In this document: positions 42,484 to 57,631 of the stretch, one piece after another
Layout: each line of letters begins with the position of its first letter
Position numbering within the stretch: the stretch's first letter is position 1
Assembly: GCA_051294375.1 (NCBI GenBank)
Contig: CM119263.1
Location: forward strand, 19,594,304-19,658,303
Direction: 5' to 3'
Source of the DNA: Paraspadella gotoi
Taxonomy: Eukaryota; Animalia; Chaetognatha
Length of the DNA stretch: 64,000 bases
Made by a program: the position numbers and the translations under genes
The notes under the pieces: model-generated
What the model saw: only the letters and a program-made list of their open reading frames with translations
What the model was told of the DNA's origin: nothing
Database searches by the model: none

Positions 42484-45400
42484 TCCTTATTTGATATACG
42501 GGCCTCAAAGGAGTTCGTCGTCGCGGTGCTTTCGAGAGAGGGAATGGTTCAAACGTGAAAGTTGTTCTCAAAATTGGTCATGTAAAGACGAAACAGCTGA
42601 GATCTCTCTCAAGTGTTAAAATTTGGGCGATAATTCGAGCGACTGTTAAAGCATACATCGCACCAGCATTGAGCAGTGAAAAATTGTTATTTCGCGTTTA
42701 AAGTTGCATTCGTAGCGACTCGCGAGAAAATTAGTTTCAAAGCTTAACGCAGACTTAGAAAACTGTTGTCAATGTTCTTAGGCTTTTGACTCTGGCGAAG
42801 CTGAGGAACAAGATTTATTAGCATTCCGTGGCAATATAGCTTTAATATGTGACGGACGATGCTCCGTTACTGATCCGTCAAACTCGATGATTGATATCAC
42901 CTTGCCGCGTTCCGCTACGTCGTATTGCGTCTCGCAGTGTCTTTTCTGTACGTCTCGCTGCGACGCATTGCATCTTGCATCTCTCTACTTTACTTATTGC
43001 TGCTAACTCACTTTTGTTTGTCGGCTTACTTTATCGTGTTGGGTTTTGCTGCATTCCTCTTCGTCTTTCAGCATAGAGCATCATGAGCCCTTTACTTTAT
43101 CCTTTTGCATTAAGCTGTAGCATATTTTACCTCTCACTATTTCAGCTGCTTCTCGTTGTGTTTTCATTTCGATACGTCGTGTTACGTCATGCTGCGAGAA
43201 TCGTTTAATTTCTATATGGCGTCGACGTCTGCCCTACTTATTTCCCCTCGAACGACGAGCTTAACCGAATTCTTCTTAAATCACTTTCTGACCTACAATC
43301 GTCTCCACTCGATAATTTATTTTTGTCTTTCTAAAAAGCATTATGTATTTATGATTATGATTTTTTTCTTCGTTTTCAATTTGAGGATCGCTCTAGTTTC
43401 ATTTTGACTATTTGCCGCATTTTACAGTGCACCTTTTACAGTTCGAATTTTATTTTATTTTTTACCTTCTAACATTTTACAATTATTCCTTTTCCATTAC
43501 AATCCTCGCCATTGCCATTTGTCTGATATCCCAAATGCCATTATCCCACATTCGACCGACTTTGTCGTCGTAATTCGTGATGTTCTTCTTTTTCCATCTT
43601 TTCGACTTTTCATTCAATCCAGCCACATAAAACCAAGATTTTTGTGACTCGCCTTCATTATCATTTTCTAATAAAGACTCATCGATGATTTAATGTCGTT
43701 AAAGATTCAAAACAAATCTTTCTTTTGTCATAGACAATACCTTACCCCATCAAGGATAGAAACCCAACATCATACGTTCGATACCGAGAGAAAATGAACT
43801 CTTTTCGTCGCGAAACAGTGCCCATTGCCCAAACTCAATACCGATCGGCGCCTATTCCTATTTTTATCATATAAGAGAAGAACTTTTGATTCAACCGAAA
43901 TAATATTATAGAGGGATATTAGTTAAGCTAAGTATACTGCTATTTAGGACCCCATAACTCCTTACTTCATACCTAACTATTCAGTTCGTTAAATGAATTA
44001 AAAAATTAGAAAAAATAAGTTTGATTATGTAGCATAATGTTTGATTATAAATAAAGCAAAAATAAAACAGATTTTTATGAAATATACATGTACATGGCGG
44101 ACGTAGAGCCAAAAATCCTCCTTCGATTTTCCCGCCCTTTCTCGCTGGATCCCTTCACTCTTTAAATATGTAAATCACAAGAAAAAAATGTTTTTTTAAC
44201 TTTTTTTTAAACTTCTTTCTCAGAGCTCTGTTTTCTTCTTTTACATTCACTGCGTCTTCAATAACTCCCGTCTTAATTCATGAACTGTTTGCATTCATTC
44301 CCGTTCTCGCAATCTTTCATCATGGCGGCGAGATTCATACGAGATTGTTTGGTAACCAAAAATTGAGTTATGTAATAAAGTGGAATGACATCTGATAATG
44401 TTTGTGAGTCCTTCGTGTTGGTTGAACATTTACCTCTGTTTAACACCGTTAAAAAAAAACTGTCTGGAACACGACTACTGTCGACTCTGTGAATCGCCGC
44501 TGAGTCCCAGCCCTTCACCCCCCTATTTTCCTATCCCCTTCTTTGTCGCCGTTCCGCGGTTTTTTTGAATTTTTTAGCTCGGGCGGTGATAAGGAGGGTT
44601 TTTAGTTGGACAAACAAAAGGCTTCGACGAAAACGCGCGGGAAAACGAAGGGAGAAGAAAGAAAAAAAAAAAAAAGAGAAAAAATTATTGAAATGACGCG
44701 CCTTTGTATTTTCTTCTCTGGTCGGTGTTTATTCGTCTTGCTCCTTGGTCTTTCTTTCCCTAAGTTTTGACATTTTTTTCCCTGATTTTCTGTTGTAAAC
44801 TTTCATAAATCGCAATGACGTGAGGTAAAAGACAACTCAGTCAGACCCATGTCTCAAGCTTTTTTTTTCTTTTAAAACGGAAATTTTTTGTTTAAAGACG
44901 ATATTCATACCGATCCCATTACACAGTCTCACAGTCTCTCGACCTCGCAGCTTCTCAAACTTCGCCTTTCCCTTTTGTCCGTCTTCGATCTTCTTCTTCC
45001 TCCTAAAACTTTTTTCCTTTTCATTTCCTTTCCTCGACTCAAACCTTTCGCTCGATTCTCTCCAACGCCCACAATCTCCGCCCCTTTCATTCAGTCATTT
45101 CGCTTCAGACCGTCTCCCGGTTTGTACCCTTTGGTATTTCATCATTCATCATTTCCCTTTATTAAATGATGGCTCAGCCCGCCTTCCCATCGCCCCTTGA
45201 ATTGTTTCGCACCCTCTCCATTCTCCAACCCTCCGCAAACCCCATGTCCCGTGCAACGAGCCGACTTTTTACCTCGCCACTCCTTATTTGGACCACGCCC
45301 ACCAGAGGGCCGAACTCTGTGAACCATTAACGTGAGTAAACATTCATTTCCAACTCGCGACGCTCTTTTCCTTCTAAACTAAATGTTTTCGGGGTCGCGG

Positions 45401-46973
45401 GGGTCAAAAGAGTCCCAGAATGACGTCTGGGGAAAAGTGGGGGGCGGGGTAGGACAAGGAAAAGTGGCGACGAGTTGAGGAGATGAGGAAGTTAAGATCA
45501 GAGACATGAATTGGATAAGTGGTTTAGAGTTTATACGAATGGAAAAGAGTCACGAGTAAAGGGCTAAGGCGAGGGACCTCGACCAGTTTAGTTAGATCCA
45601 TGGTAAGTAGGGTAAGGGGCTGAATCTTAACAGATTTTGGACGATGGACAAATGATTTTAATAGATTCAATTTCCAGAAAAAAATGATAATTGAAGCACA
45701 GCGTATGCACTCTCTGCTGTTTGGAGGAAAGAAATTAGCAATGATTTTTTTAAAATACCCATCTCATCCCGATCCCAGGTACGTACAACTTGCGTCTTTA
45801 CTAAGAATTTATAAAACCATTTAAATTCTCATTTCGTATTAATTTTCCGCGCAGTAAACAATGCAACGGTAAATGGTTCGCTTCCGTTGCCTGTCCATCT
45901 GCAATATCGCTGCGAGCCTGCGACCGACATCCATTTCGCGTTTCCCCCTTTCGCTTCGAACTCACATCTGCTTTCCTCGACGACGCCGGCCTTTTTGCTT
46001 TTCACGGATTTATCCCTCGCTCCGCTTTTCAATCAATTTTTTTTTTTAAAGGGGAACCACTTCGCCACTTTGCCATTTTGCCGCCGGATGGCGTGACCGA
46101 TTTGCCATTTTGCCATTTTCCCCCCCCGCTGGCCACCTCGCCCCTTTCTTCGGTTCTCGCCCGGAGTTTCTCTTCTATTTTCTGCCTTCGTTTCGGTCGC
46201 AGAGGTTTTCTGGTCATCAGGCTGACCTTCGTTGTTGTCGCAAACCTTGGTCGTCGTCGTCGGCCTCTTCGCCCTCGTCGTCGACTTATTCGTCGTCGTC
46301 TTCTAGTTTTCTTATTGGTCATCGTCGTCGTCGTCGACTCTCGCTTTCCTTAAAAGATTTGTCACCAACTGAAAGGGAAGGCTAAAAAGAGGCGAGCCGC
46401 GAGGGGGGAGGGGGAGGAAGCGGGGAGGAAGAGAAGGGGGAGGAGATGTTAATTTGGCTTCGGCCAAATTCTAGAGGAGCATAGAGTCGAGGACTTTCGC
46501 GGTGTCGAGAAGAAAAAGGGGCCAGTTAATTGAGTCTAAGTTTAGGACAAGAGAAACAGTTGAGCGACGCAGTTGAGGCTGAGTCACTTTCCATCATTTT
46601 ACGGTCGACGGCTTCAAATTGAAAAAAAAGCTAAGGAAAGGTATTTATTCAATGAAAATTAAACTTTATTTCTGACAATTTCCGTAGTGTCCTGATATCT
46701 CGTGGGTATAATATAAAGCCCATGACATGGATATGTAAAAAAAGCAGGTAAATTTAGTGATGAGGTGATAATTAAATTCAACTTTCACGATGCAACGATA
46801 TGATAGGAAAAAAGCGATTAAAACTGATTAGGCGTCTCCAGGAAACTGGAAACAACGACGACGTCAACGACGCGGCAAAGCACGCGTCAAACACTGGGGC
46901 AGATATGGTGACAGACGTTGAAAGAGGAAAGACCAGAAAAAAATGAACAAGGTTAACGAAGAGAATGGCGGTT

Positions 46974-47018
<45 letters not shown>

Positions 47019-48192
47019 TCTCTTCTCTCTTCTCTCTCTTCTCTCATCTCTCTCCTCTCTCTCTTCCGCAAAACACGCTATCAACGACACAAGCGTCACA
47101 ACGAAGCGTGACGCCACCCTTTCAAAACCTTCGTTAATCTAAGATGAAAGAGAAAAAAACAATTTAGCGAACTTTTCTTCGTTAAATCGAATTTCGTGAA
47201 GAAGACGAATGAATGAGGAGAGGAAAAAGAGAAAAAGGGAAAAGAAGTGAGGCCATCATGAAGGTGAGGTAACGATGGCAGCCGCGTAATGACTCTGGCA
47301 TTCCCTGAAATTGCAAAGAAAGAAGTCGCTTCAATAGACCGATAACCGTGAGACGGCAGTTGAGGACTGCGGCAGCGGCGGCAGCGGCGAAGGAGGCTGC
47401 GGCTGCGAGGAGAGTGGCGTTAAAGGGGAGTGGTCGTAAAAAATGCGGCGAAGCAGGAATTAAATAGAATAATTAGATAGCATCTCTCCATTAACTGAAT
47501 TTCACTGAAGATAACAAAGACTGCCATCTAAGTAAATGTCAACTGTGGGCGAAGACTATGATGAACTGGAAATTGGTGGTTCCCCTGGTACGAGTGCGGG
47601 AGGTTGAAGTTTCTCGTCGAAAGTCGGTTATGTTTGCTGCTAATATTAAGTTAAGTATAAATATTGAAGATAGCGTAAGGATGGATGAGTCTCGAAAGTT
47701 GCTGCTTCAAGGCCATGAAAAATGAGGGTCATGGAGGATATTCCCGCCCCTTGGGAAAAAGAAGTAAAAAAAAAAGATTAAAAGCAAATATTACAGATTG
47801 TATAGTGTCAAAATGAGATGTGAAGTTGTCCACAGTTGTTATATTGTCGTCCGAGCATTTTTGTAATCTCCTCGATGTCTTCATCTGAGGCGCTTTGTGA
47901 GTGTTGTTTTTGTTGTTGTAGTTGTTTGTGTTTACCTGGAGAAATAATTTGAGTTTTTTGTGATTAAGTCTTCGTGGTCGTGATATTTCTCATCTTACAA
48001 CTCATTTTTTAAGTTGACCTCCTTGAGAAGAGGACACTGTTCTTTTAATTGTTGTCTTTGTCGACTTCGGTTTGAAGTTGCGTCCTCAAATCGTTAAAAA
48101 GACGGACGTTTCTTCCTTTGATGCGGCACCGTAGTTTTTAACGAGAGAGAGAAAGAGAAAGAGAGAGAGAGAGAGGAGAGGAGAGGAGAGAG

Positions 48193-48229
<37 letters not shown>

Positions 48230-48232
48230 TGG

Positions 48233-48285
<53 letters not shown>

Positions 48286-48911
48286 GAGAGAGAGAGAGTA
48301 GAGCAGAGAGAGAGCGTGCTCATTTGGCACTAAGCGCGCGATGCCGAGTCTCGATCGCTCACCTTGGAACAATTTCTTTTCGCCCCCGCGATGTTTAAAA
48401 GGGAGAAAAGGTGAGGTGAGGTGAGGTGAGGTGAGGAGGGCGGGAGCGGAAATGAAAGGGTAAGGAAAGGAATAAAGGAGGAAGAGAAGAAAGAAACTGA
48501 AAAATGGGGGAAGAAAGAGAAGTAAAGAAGAAGGAAAGGAGGAGAACATAAGATCAAAAGGAAGCGAAAAAAAGAGGAAAAAAAAAGAAGAAAAATAAGT
48601 AAAACCGAAGCTTGAAAGAAGTCCTACGTTTTATAAGGTAAACATGAAAACCAAAGAGACCGAAAAGATACCGGAACGTCGTTAAAGTCTTGAAACAGAA
48701 TTTTTGTCATTTTTGTCAATCAGTTATTACTCTAGTCCGAGCGATCCTGAGTAATACCCGGGTACAATGAACAATTGAACATGTCTAAACCTGTCAATTG
48801 TCTAAGCTGACTTGAGGTACGTCAAATAAGAAAAAAAATAATAAGTTTTTCAAAAAATAAAATTTGCTTCCATCGAATGATTTACATCCATCTATTTCCT
48901 CCTCTCTTTTC

Positions 48912-48941
48912 GGAAATGGAAATGGAAATGGAAATGGAAAT
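48912..48941. repeat. (GGAAAT)5 hexamer repeat
   Basis: Direct reading; it produces the EMEMEME run in the ORF track. Confidence 0.9.
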
Positions 48942-50148
48942 ACATAAATTTTCTGCCTCAAAAATTCAAATGAGTTTTTCGGATTTGATACTTTCGAAAT
49001 TCTTGCCGCGAAACTTGACATTTCTACGACGACGACGACGACGACGACGACGAAAAGTAAGATTTTCTTTTGTCAATTCTTCCCTTTTTTAAATCGCCAT
49101 GTTGCTACACAGTTTCGAGGTTGCGGCAGACAGATTGAAGGGTAATGAAACTAAATTTTAAGGTAATTTACTGGACTGCTTCTCTGACGCAGGGTCGACG
49201 AAAAATCGTCGGCATCCAACTTTATTTATTATTTTTTTTTTTAATGTTTTTTTATTTAATTCAGAAAGGTTGAGTCGTTGTAGCAGAAGAAAAGAGTGAA
49301 AATGAATCTTCCGTCACTGAAAAAGAAAAAAAAACTATACATCGCCTCCGCTGATGGCGAGGGGGGGGAGGAAAGGGAAGAAAGGGAGCGGCTCAATGAT
49401 TTATGGTTCGGAACGGCGACCGCGCCGTGACGGTCGGCGTCCTCGATGTGGCCTCCGTCGTCCGTCCCTCGCAGCAGAAGGCAAAACTGGACGGAAATCA
49501 CCGTGTTCCTCCTGAAATCCTCGGCTCTCTGCGTCAACGGCTTCACCACCCTCTCACATTCTCACACCTCCTCATCCCCTCTCACATCCCTCATTCCCTT
49601 CTCACATTCTCACACCTCCTCATTCCCTCTCCTCCGAACGATCGATCCAAAATAAATCTCTTTTACGCTCAATTTTTTTTCTCTCTTTTTTTTTTCTTTT
49701 CCCGCGTATTATTTTCACGGTGGCGACGGGCGACGCCGCCTTTTGTTTATTCCAACATAAAACATGACCATAACCATCATGGCCGCGTCCGCCGCGCCCT
49801 CCAGGGAGCCCTCTCGGAATCTCGCTGGGGGCCTTTTAAGCGCGATTTTTTTTTCCTCTCGATATCGAGATATATGTGAGGACCAATGGTCATCTCACGA
49901 TCCGAAACGGTTTCAAGTTTAAAGGTTTAACTGTTCATTAGCGACATTAGCGAATACATCGAGAAATACATCCTAGTCATCAGTAATCCCCAAAAAAAAT
50001 TTATATGCAAAAATTCTGTATTAAATGTATTTTTTAAATTTGTAAATAACAAAATTGTCAAGTTTCCGATATCCAAAGAAATTACTCGACGGATTGATTC
50101 AATTATTTTAAAATGAACATGTACCTGACCTACTACTTTTTGTTTTTC

Positions 50149-50227
<79 letters not shown>

Positions 50228-51653
50228 ACACACACACTTATCCCCTTTTACTGTCTCTCCTCTTCTCTTTCTCCTCGCCCTTTTATTCCTTCTCCGCTTG
50301 AACGTGCGTCAAAGTTTTCCCGCCATTAAAAAGCTTTATGGCGCCCAGAGATTCGCTAACGAGGTGGCGCAACTTCTGTATCGACAGTCGACACGTTAAT
50401 TCGTGAAGAAACGCGGAGAAAAAAAAACTGGGGAAGGAATTTACGCGGGTTCGGGATCGAGGAGAGAAGGAAGAGATGACGGGGGGGGGGAAAGCGGCGC
50501 TGACGAGAATGGATGAGAGAGATTTGAAAACTGTTCCTTCAGTCTTGTCTTGACTCAAACCGCTTCTTTAATATTTCTCATTTTTTTGATAATATAATAT
50601 TCTTCGAGTCAGAAAGAAAAATAAGGAAAGGCTGAGAGATAAAGAGAGAGAGTTATATTTATTCTAATCTTCTAATCTTTTTTTGTCTCGTCAATTTATA
50701 GATTTGATTTATTTTTTAAGAACAACTTGGAATTCTACTCGACGTACCGCCTTCAGACCGAACAAAAGGTTTCCCCTATCAAGTATTGGCAAATTGATTT
50801 TTCACTGGAAATATCAAATGAAAGATACAGAAAATGTCGTGAAACCCAAAGGGGGTCCATCGAAAAGGGCGCCAGGTTTCCGTCTGACTTCGACGTCCAT
50901 TGGGTCGAATTGTCGCTTGTGACTCAATGGGCCATTCGGTCGTTCGGTATCCGGCGTCTGTTGCTCTCCCGATTACAATTCCGGTTTCAGTTTCGATTTA
51001 GTTTCCGGTTCCACTCGCGTTTCCTGCGTGATTTCCTCTGGCGGAAAACAATTCAAAACAAAACAAAACTCGAGTGCGAGAACAAGGTTTTAGTGAAAAA
51101 AAGAAGGAAAACAATGCTTTCAATTTTTTTTTTTAGATAATACTTTGGCTAAACATTTGGGAGAATTATACGTTATTATGTATGTACAAGAATGTTGATG
51201 TCAACTCCGGACGTCTTTCCGACAATCCCAGACAGATTGCCTGATGAAGGAAGCTAACGATTTTCTCAGCGTCAACGCCAGTTTAACGCTATTCTTTAAA
51301 ATGGTGGCGCCGCCATCAGGAAGCTCGTCGACCATCTACGTTGGCGTCGAACAAGGGATTTCTGAGAAAAGATTTCGATTCCTTTTTTCACTCTTGACGC
51401 TATTTTTAAAAATGCGCATAAATCAGCATATATCAACAAACAAACGAAGATCTTAAGCGTGATGATCATTTAAAACAAATATTTTGGCGACGCCATCCTT
51501 CATCGAGTATCTTCCTTTGTCCTTTGTCGTCGCTTCCTTTTTTTCTCTTTTTTTTCCTTTCTCTGTTTTTTTTTTGTTGTCCGCTGTTCGTCCCTCGATC
51601 CCTTATCCGCCTTCTCACTTACTCACTTTCGCTCTTGATTTCCTTTGCGTCTC

Positions 51654-51746
<93 letters not shown>

Positions 51747-52358
51747 ACCAGCTTGAGTTCATCAAAAAAGAAAGTATTGTTGTTTTCGATCGACAATTTT
51801 GATTCCTTCGATTGAAGGCGGCGCCGGTTGGAATGGAAGGTGCGCGCCCGTCGCTCAATGGCGCAACGGCTGATGCAGTGCGGCGTCGTCGTATTTTGTC
51901 GCCGGCGTTTCGATGACGAGGTAGAAACGGCGCCGGCTATTTGGTTCCAATTTTGGGTTTCGTTTCAAAACTCGGTTTTGACGATTTCGTCGTCGTCGTT
52001 CGCCACGACTTTCCTCTGTTTGGTCTTTTGTTCGTGTTTTGACTCGGGGGTCATGGGTTCGATTCCCAAACCGTTCTTGCTTTTTGGAAAGGGGCTTCTC
52101 TGTTTTCATGATTAATGACGGGGTCGCAGCTGTTTTTAGAATACTTTTTCTTTTCCTACTTCAAAGAATTTTAGCGCTTTTTCGTTTTGTTTTGTTTTTT
52201 TATTTATTTTTCGACAGAATCGATTGTTTGTTTTTCATTAATAAATGAATAAAATCTTCAGGACGATTTTTTTCGCTTAGAGTAAATGTTTCGTATCTGT
52301 TATCAAAAATTGTTACAATACTTGTGGATTCCTGTTCATTTTTTTGCATTATATCTAT

Positions 52359-52439
<81 letters not shown>

Positions 52440-55293
52440 CTCAAACATACCCCTCCCGAAAGAACTCCTACTTTGAATCACGTGATTTCATCAGTGATTC
52501 CATTCACCCCCGCCTCGATCCTTCAAATCAATAAACTTGACGAAGATTTAAAAAAGAAAATCTTTCAATTCTCTTTTTTTTTCTTCTTGGATTTATTCCT
52601 TCCTCCTTTCCTTGGTTTGGTTTTCCTTTTTTCATTTTCCTTTTTTAATTACATCTTACCATTTTTTATTCCATTTTTTACGTTTCTATCTTTTTTTGGT
52701 ATTTTCTCTTGGGTCTGTTCATTGAAAATTATTTTTTTCCCTCGCTTTTTTTAAAGAAACACGATAACTATAGTCATATGAATTTGAACAAAGATTTTTA
52801 TCATGCTGTCATTTCAGTATGAGCTGCCTTTAGATTGTTCTTATATTTTTATATTTATTACTTTTTTGATATTTTTTAAAAATATGCAGGCAGGTTTAGG
52901 TAGGTAAAGAAACAGAAAACTTACTGAAATATAACAACTAACACCACGGATATCGCCAAGATTAAAAGTTTGCAACATCACTTAGCATGCAGTTGAGCTA
53001 AGTTCTCGCTTGACCAACTTATTGATTGAAGTTTCTCTACCTGACATCGACTCGTTTTTAATTTTCCACTTCCCCGGTTTTTTCATTTGTCGTTACCGTC
53101 GAAATAAAAAGTCAACTCGAATTCAAACCAAGTTCTGGTGCAGTTGGTGACGGCTAAAAATATTTCTAGTTCGTTACATCGCCATCTTGCCACATTACGT
53201 ACTCTAAAAACAGTCATAATTCAACGTCCGTTTGAATTTTACAATATAGTATTCCACCCCTAAACTGTTCCGGCTTCATTTTCTGAATAGATGGATATTG
53301 AAGAGGGCGACGACGAGCCTCGTTTCCATTTCTCCGTCTTTTCTCCCTCAAAATGGCGACGAATAAAGATCCCCGGCCTCCAACTTTCGATCCTTCTTCT
53401 TCGCCGGGAAATTTTCGCGATGAATTTGATTCTCTGGAGAAACCGATGTAGCGAAAACGAGACCGAAGTGGCTTTCCTAGAATTCGCTTGATTACTTGGG
53501 GTGGGGGTTGGGGGGGGTTCGCTAGCGGAGGGTCGAGTTTTGGGGAGTGGAGTGATGAGAGTGTAAAAGAGAGAGAGAGAGAGAGATTACGAGAAGTCAG
53601 AGAGCTTGCGTTGTCAAGAAAAGAGGGTAAAACGAGTTTAAGGCGATTGAAAGTGATTTTGAAGAATGAGTATGACTCGTATTTCCTTTACGTTCGTTGC
53701 TGTTAAAACTTAAGTTAAACTAATGCGTGAAATTCAGAGTTCGAATGTTCTAGCGTTAGAAGTGAAAACTGAAAAAAAGTGATGTGTGGTGAAGAAGGAG
53801 AGAGATTAGTCGTAAGAGTATCACATTTCTGTCAAAGTGGCGAATTGTAAATCATAATTTTTTTTATTTCGCCGATGAAGAGCAGACAATTTTTATATCT
53901 TTTCAATTTAATTTAGACGGAAAAGTAATTTTTTTTACTTAGAGGATAAACGTTGAAAAAATATTTAATTCTTCCATATTTAAAAAGATTTAACATCTTC
54001 TCGGATGTTGTGATTCAATCAGTAATCATGACCTAAAATCTCACATAACATGAGGAGTTCCGCTGATGGTGTCCCACTGTCCATCGCTAAACAAACACGA
54101 TATTTCCTTTCCTTTTCCCTTCTCCCGACATTCTTCCCCGCTGAGTCCAATAACCGACAAAATATGGTCTTTTTCCAAGATCGTTAACCGCAAACAATTT
54201 TTTTTCCTCTTAAAACCTGGAAAAATTTGTTGCCGCTTTTATCGAAAATCAATCATTTGCTTTAATAAGAAAAAAAAAAGGAAGTGACGAGTTGGAAATA
54301 AATCTTGGCGCCATTTGGAGTCTGACGAGATCGCGACGAGTGAGTTTGTCAGCATCGGGCGAGTTAGGGTCGGAGGGTTCAAGGGTCAAGGGATGGCTTC
54401 ATTTACGGTGAGTCTTAATAGCTCAATCGCTCGCCGGTGACTTCTCAAGGTGCGAACGAGTTTCTGTGAAACAAAAGGCTCGATCGATCCCCTCTTTTGT
54501 TTGACGAAAACCGAGCGACGCCCATCGTTAATCACGTTTCTTCCTCTCTCACTCCGAGAGGTCTCTACCGTGCCCTCAGCCCCGTCCGCGCCCTCCACTC
54601 CCGTCCCATTCCACCCCCAGAGTCGGAGTCCACCCAAGTCCACACACCAAAGCTCAGCGTTGACCGAATTCCGATGCTAAAGGAATCGTTCATCACTGGT
54701 TGTCTTCCCGGCGACGCGATGACTCCCTTCGTTTCCTCTTCCTCCTCCTCCTCCTCCACCTCCTCCTCCTCTTTTTTCACTTTATGAAACATCTCTCTTT
54801 TCTCGTTCTTGTTCTTGTTCTTGTTCTTATTCCCGTAAGGTTTTTTGTATTGTAGTATTATTAGTTTTCTATGCCCTCTCTCTCCCTCTCTCTCTTCTCT
54901 CTCTCCTTCCCTCCACTCTTTCACCCCTTTCTCCTCCTTTTATCCTTTTTTTACTTCTTCATCCTGTTCACCCTCCTCCTCTTCCTCTTCCTCCTCCTCC
55001 TCTTCCTCCTCTTCTTCTTCCTCTTAGGCAGTTGTTATTTTGTTTTCCCTCCTCCCACCGGAGAGACTTTGTTTCCAATTGCGTTCGAAGTCGCGAGAAG
55101 CGACGATGATAGTGAATGACGATGATAAAGACGCGGATGATAAAAATGACCCCAATTGACATTTGGAAGATAATATAAAATAGTGAATCGAGTTTATATA
55201 TAAAATTCAAAATCGGAAAATAATATTGTATTTAATTGGATAATTTTGTCTATATACTTTGATAACCACCGTGCGGATACCAATAATGTAAGT

Positions 55294-55318
55294 NNNNNNN
55301 NNNNNNNNNNNNNNNNNN
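55294..55318. other. Assembly gap, exactly 25 N
   Basis: 25 N counted. Confidence 0.99.
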
Positions 55319-55321
55319 AGA

Positions 55322-56746
55322 TCACCGTAGCAACCGGAAATGACGGCGCGGGGGGGCGCAAAGTGGTGGTTGGGAAAGGGTGGTGTCGGGTGAGGGAAGG
55401 GTGGGGCGGGAGAGGAAAGAGAAGAGATTATGGTAGCGTGAGATTCGCTCGAAATAGGATGAGAGAGAAAAGATATTTGAGCAGAAAATTAAAGGGTTGA
55501 AACTTGATATAAAGATTGGGTAATGAAGGATATTCCAAGGCACTGGTTTATATTGCCTAATGATGGGGCATTTTAGATTTAATAAAGATTTGCAGAGCAA
55601 AATCAAAATGGCGCAGGGAAGGTTTTAGAAAATGGTGGAGTAGATCATCTACGAGATGAAACGGGGAGTAAAAAAAAAAAAAGAAAAAGGGAGAACGTAG
55701 AAGAAAAGTTAATTGGATATAAAAAAAAGGTTGGTGGAGGAAATGAATAAACAGGGGCAATGGGATTAAACAGAAGAAAAAAAAGGGTTAAGATAGGAAA
55801 TGAAAGAGGAAATAGAAAAAAAAAGAAAAGAAAAGGAAAGGAAAAAAAAAAGTGAAGCAAAAAGTGAGTCTCCTAAGCCAGGATCGAAGTTCCTCCCGTT
55901 TCCGTCCCGAGACAAAATGGAGTTCATTGATTACAGAGTTTGATAGATGGTCTTTGGTCAAACCCATAAAGCGATTTACATATTGTAGTTCCCTCTTCTC
56001 TTGACGCCCGTCGGGTTCTTTTTTCTGGGACTGATGATTTTAAATAGACGCGTTTAATGGCATTTTAAGGTTTGATAAACAATTTCATTAAATATTTACT
56101 TGTGGCCATGTGGAAGGTTAATATCCCGATCAATCAATGTCGACTAATGAAAGTCGATAGTTTTCTCTAATTGCACTTTTTACAGCCACTTAAAATAAAC
56201 GATAGTTGTTCAATGCGAGATTTAAAAAAAAAAGTAATGAGATAGTAAAATCTGGAGAAAAAATTTGGGAGCGAGAAGAGAAAAAAATATTCATTATGAA
56301 GCGAAATCGGCTTCTTGCCAACTGGAAAAGGAGGAGGAGGAGTGGAAGAGGAGGAGAAATAGTGGAGGTGGAGTAAGGGAAGGAAGAGGAGGAAGAGGAA
56401 AGGGCGAAAATGGAAAAGAAGGAAATAGAGAAAAATTAGAAAAGAAAGAAAATGAGATAATGAAAAATAATTGATTGTAGAGAAAACTAAAAAGAATTTA
56501 AAAATATAGAAACAATGGGAAAATTGTAACTAATTGGACGAAACATAGGATAAAACAATAATAAGAATGACATAAAAGAAGAGAAACAGAGAGAGAGAGA
56601 GAGAATAGAGTCGGAGAGAAAGGGAGAGAGTGCGAGAGAAAATAAAGGGATTACCTAGGCTTTCTTTTTTTTTTTGAGGCAAGAGAGAAATGGGTGAAAC
56701 GATGAGTGGGAGAGACGGCGGAAGATGATCTTTGTGTCTTGGTGGA

Positions 56747-56819
<73 letters not shown>

Positions 56820-56895
56820 AGAAGAGAATCGTTTGATGCCATTAATGGAGAAAGTTTTCCTTCACTTCGTCCTAAATGAGAGACGAAGTGATTAA

Positions 56896-56987
<92 letters not shown>

Positions 56988-57543
56988 AAGAGGACCTTCT
57001 CTCAAAGATGTAATCACCTTCGGACGAATTTTCTCCGTCACCGCCTCGAAATGCCACGTCGTTAAATTTAATCAACTCCTCGCTTAATAAGCTCCTCATG
57101 AAAAATGAGCGAATTCCTTCACCAAAACTCTCTGGATTTTTTTTCCGTTATTGATGATGTTGTTGTTGTAGTTGTCGATTTTTTTTTTTAGTTGTAGTAA
57201 AACAAAAACTAGTTTCTGACAGTTCCGTGATACTAGTATAAAATAATATAACGGTATCTAAGTGATGAACTCTCATTAGTCATTACGTCACTTAAGTATT
57301 TTAATTTATTAATATCTTTGTGTTGAACGTTTTCTTGGTAATCGAAGTCCGCCTACAATTCTGCATCATCTTCACACCAATCACCCCTCTCACTCCTCCA
57401 CCCTTCCTCTTCTCCCGCCAACCTTTGGCCCCCAATATCCCTCCCCTCAGCATTGGGGTCACCGGTTGCGTCGGAATCTCGAACGGCGACTCTCTGCGCC
57501 CATCGCAAGACCCTCACTGGTTTTCGGATCATTAGGTGAGAAT

Positions 57544-57631
<88 letters not shown>

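Noticed and set aside
49403-49879. 158-aa ORF beginning MVRNGDRAVTV
   Set aside because: Runs through a local tandem duplication (ctcacattctcacacctcctcat x2) and T-tracts; no recognisable domain or splice signals.
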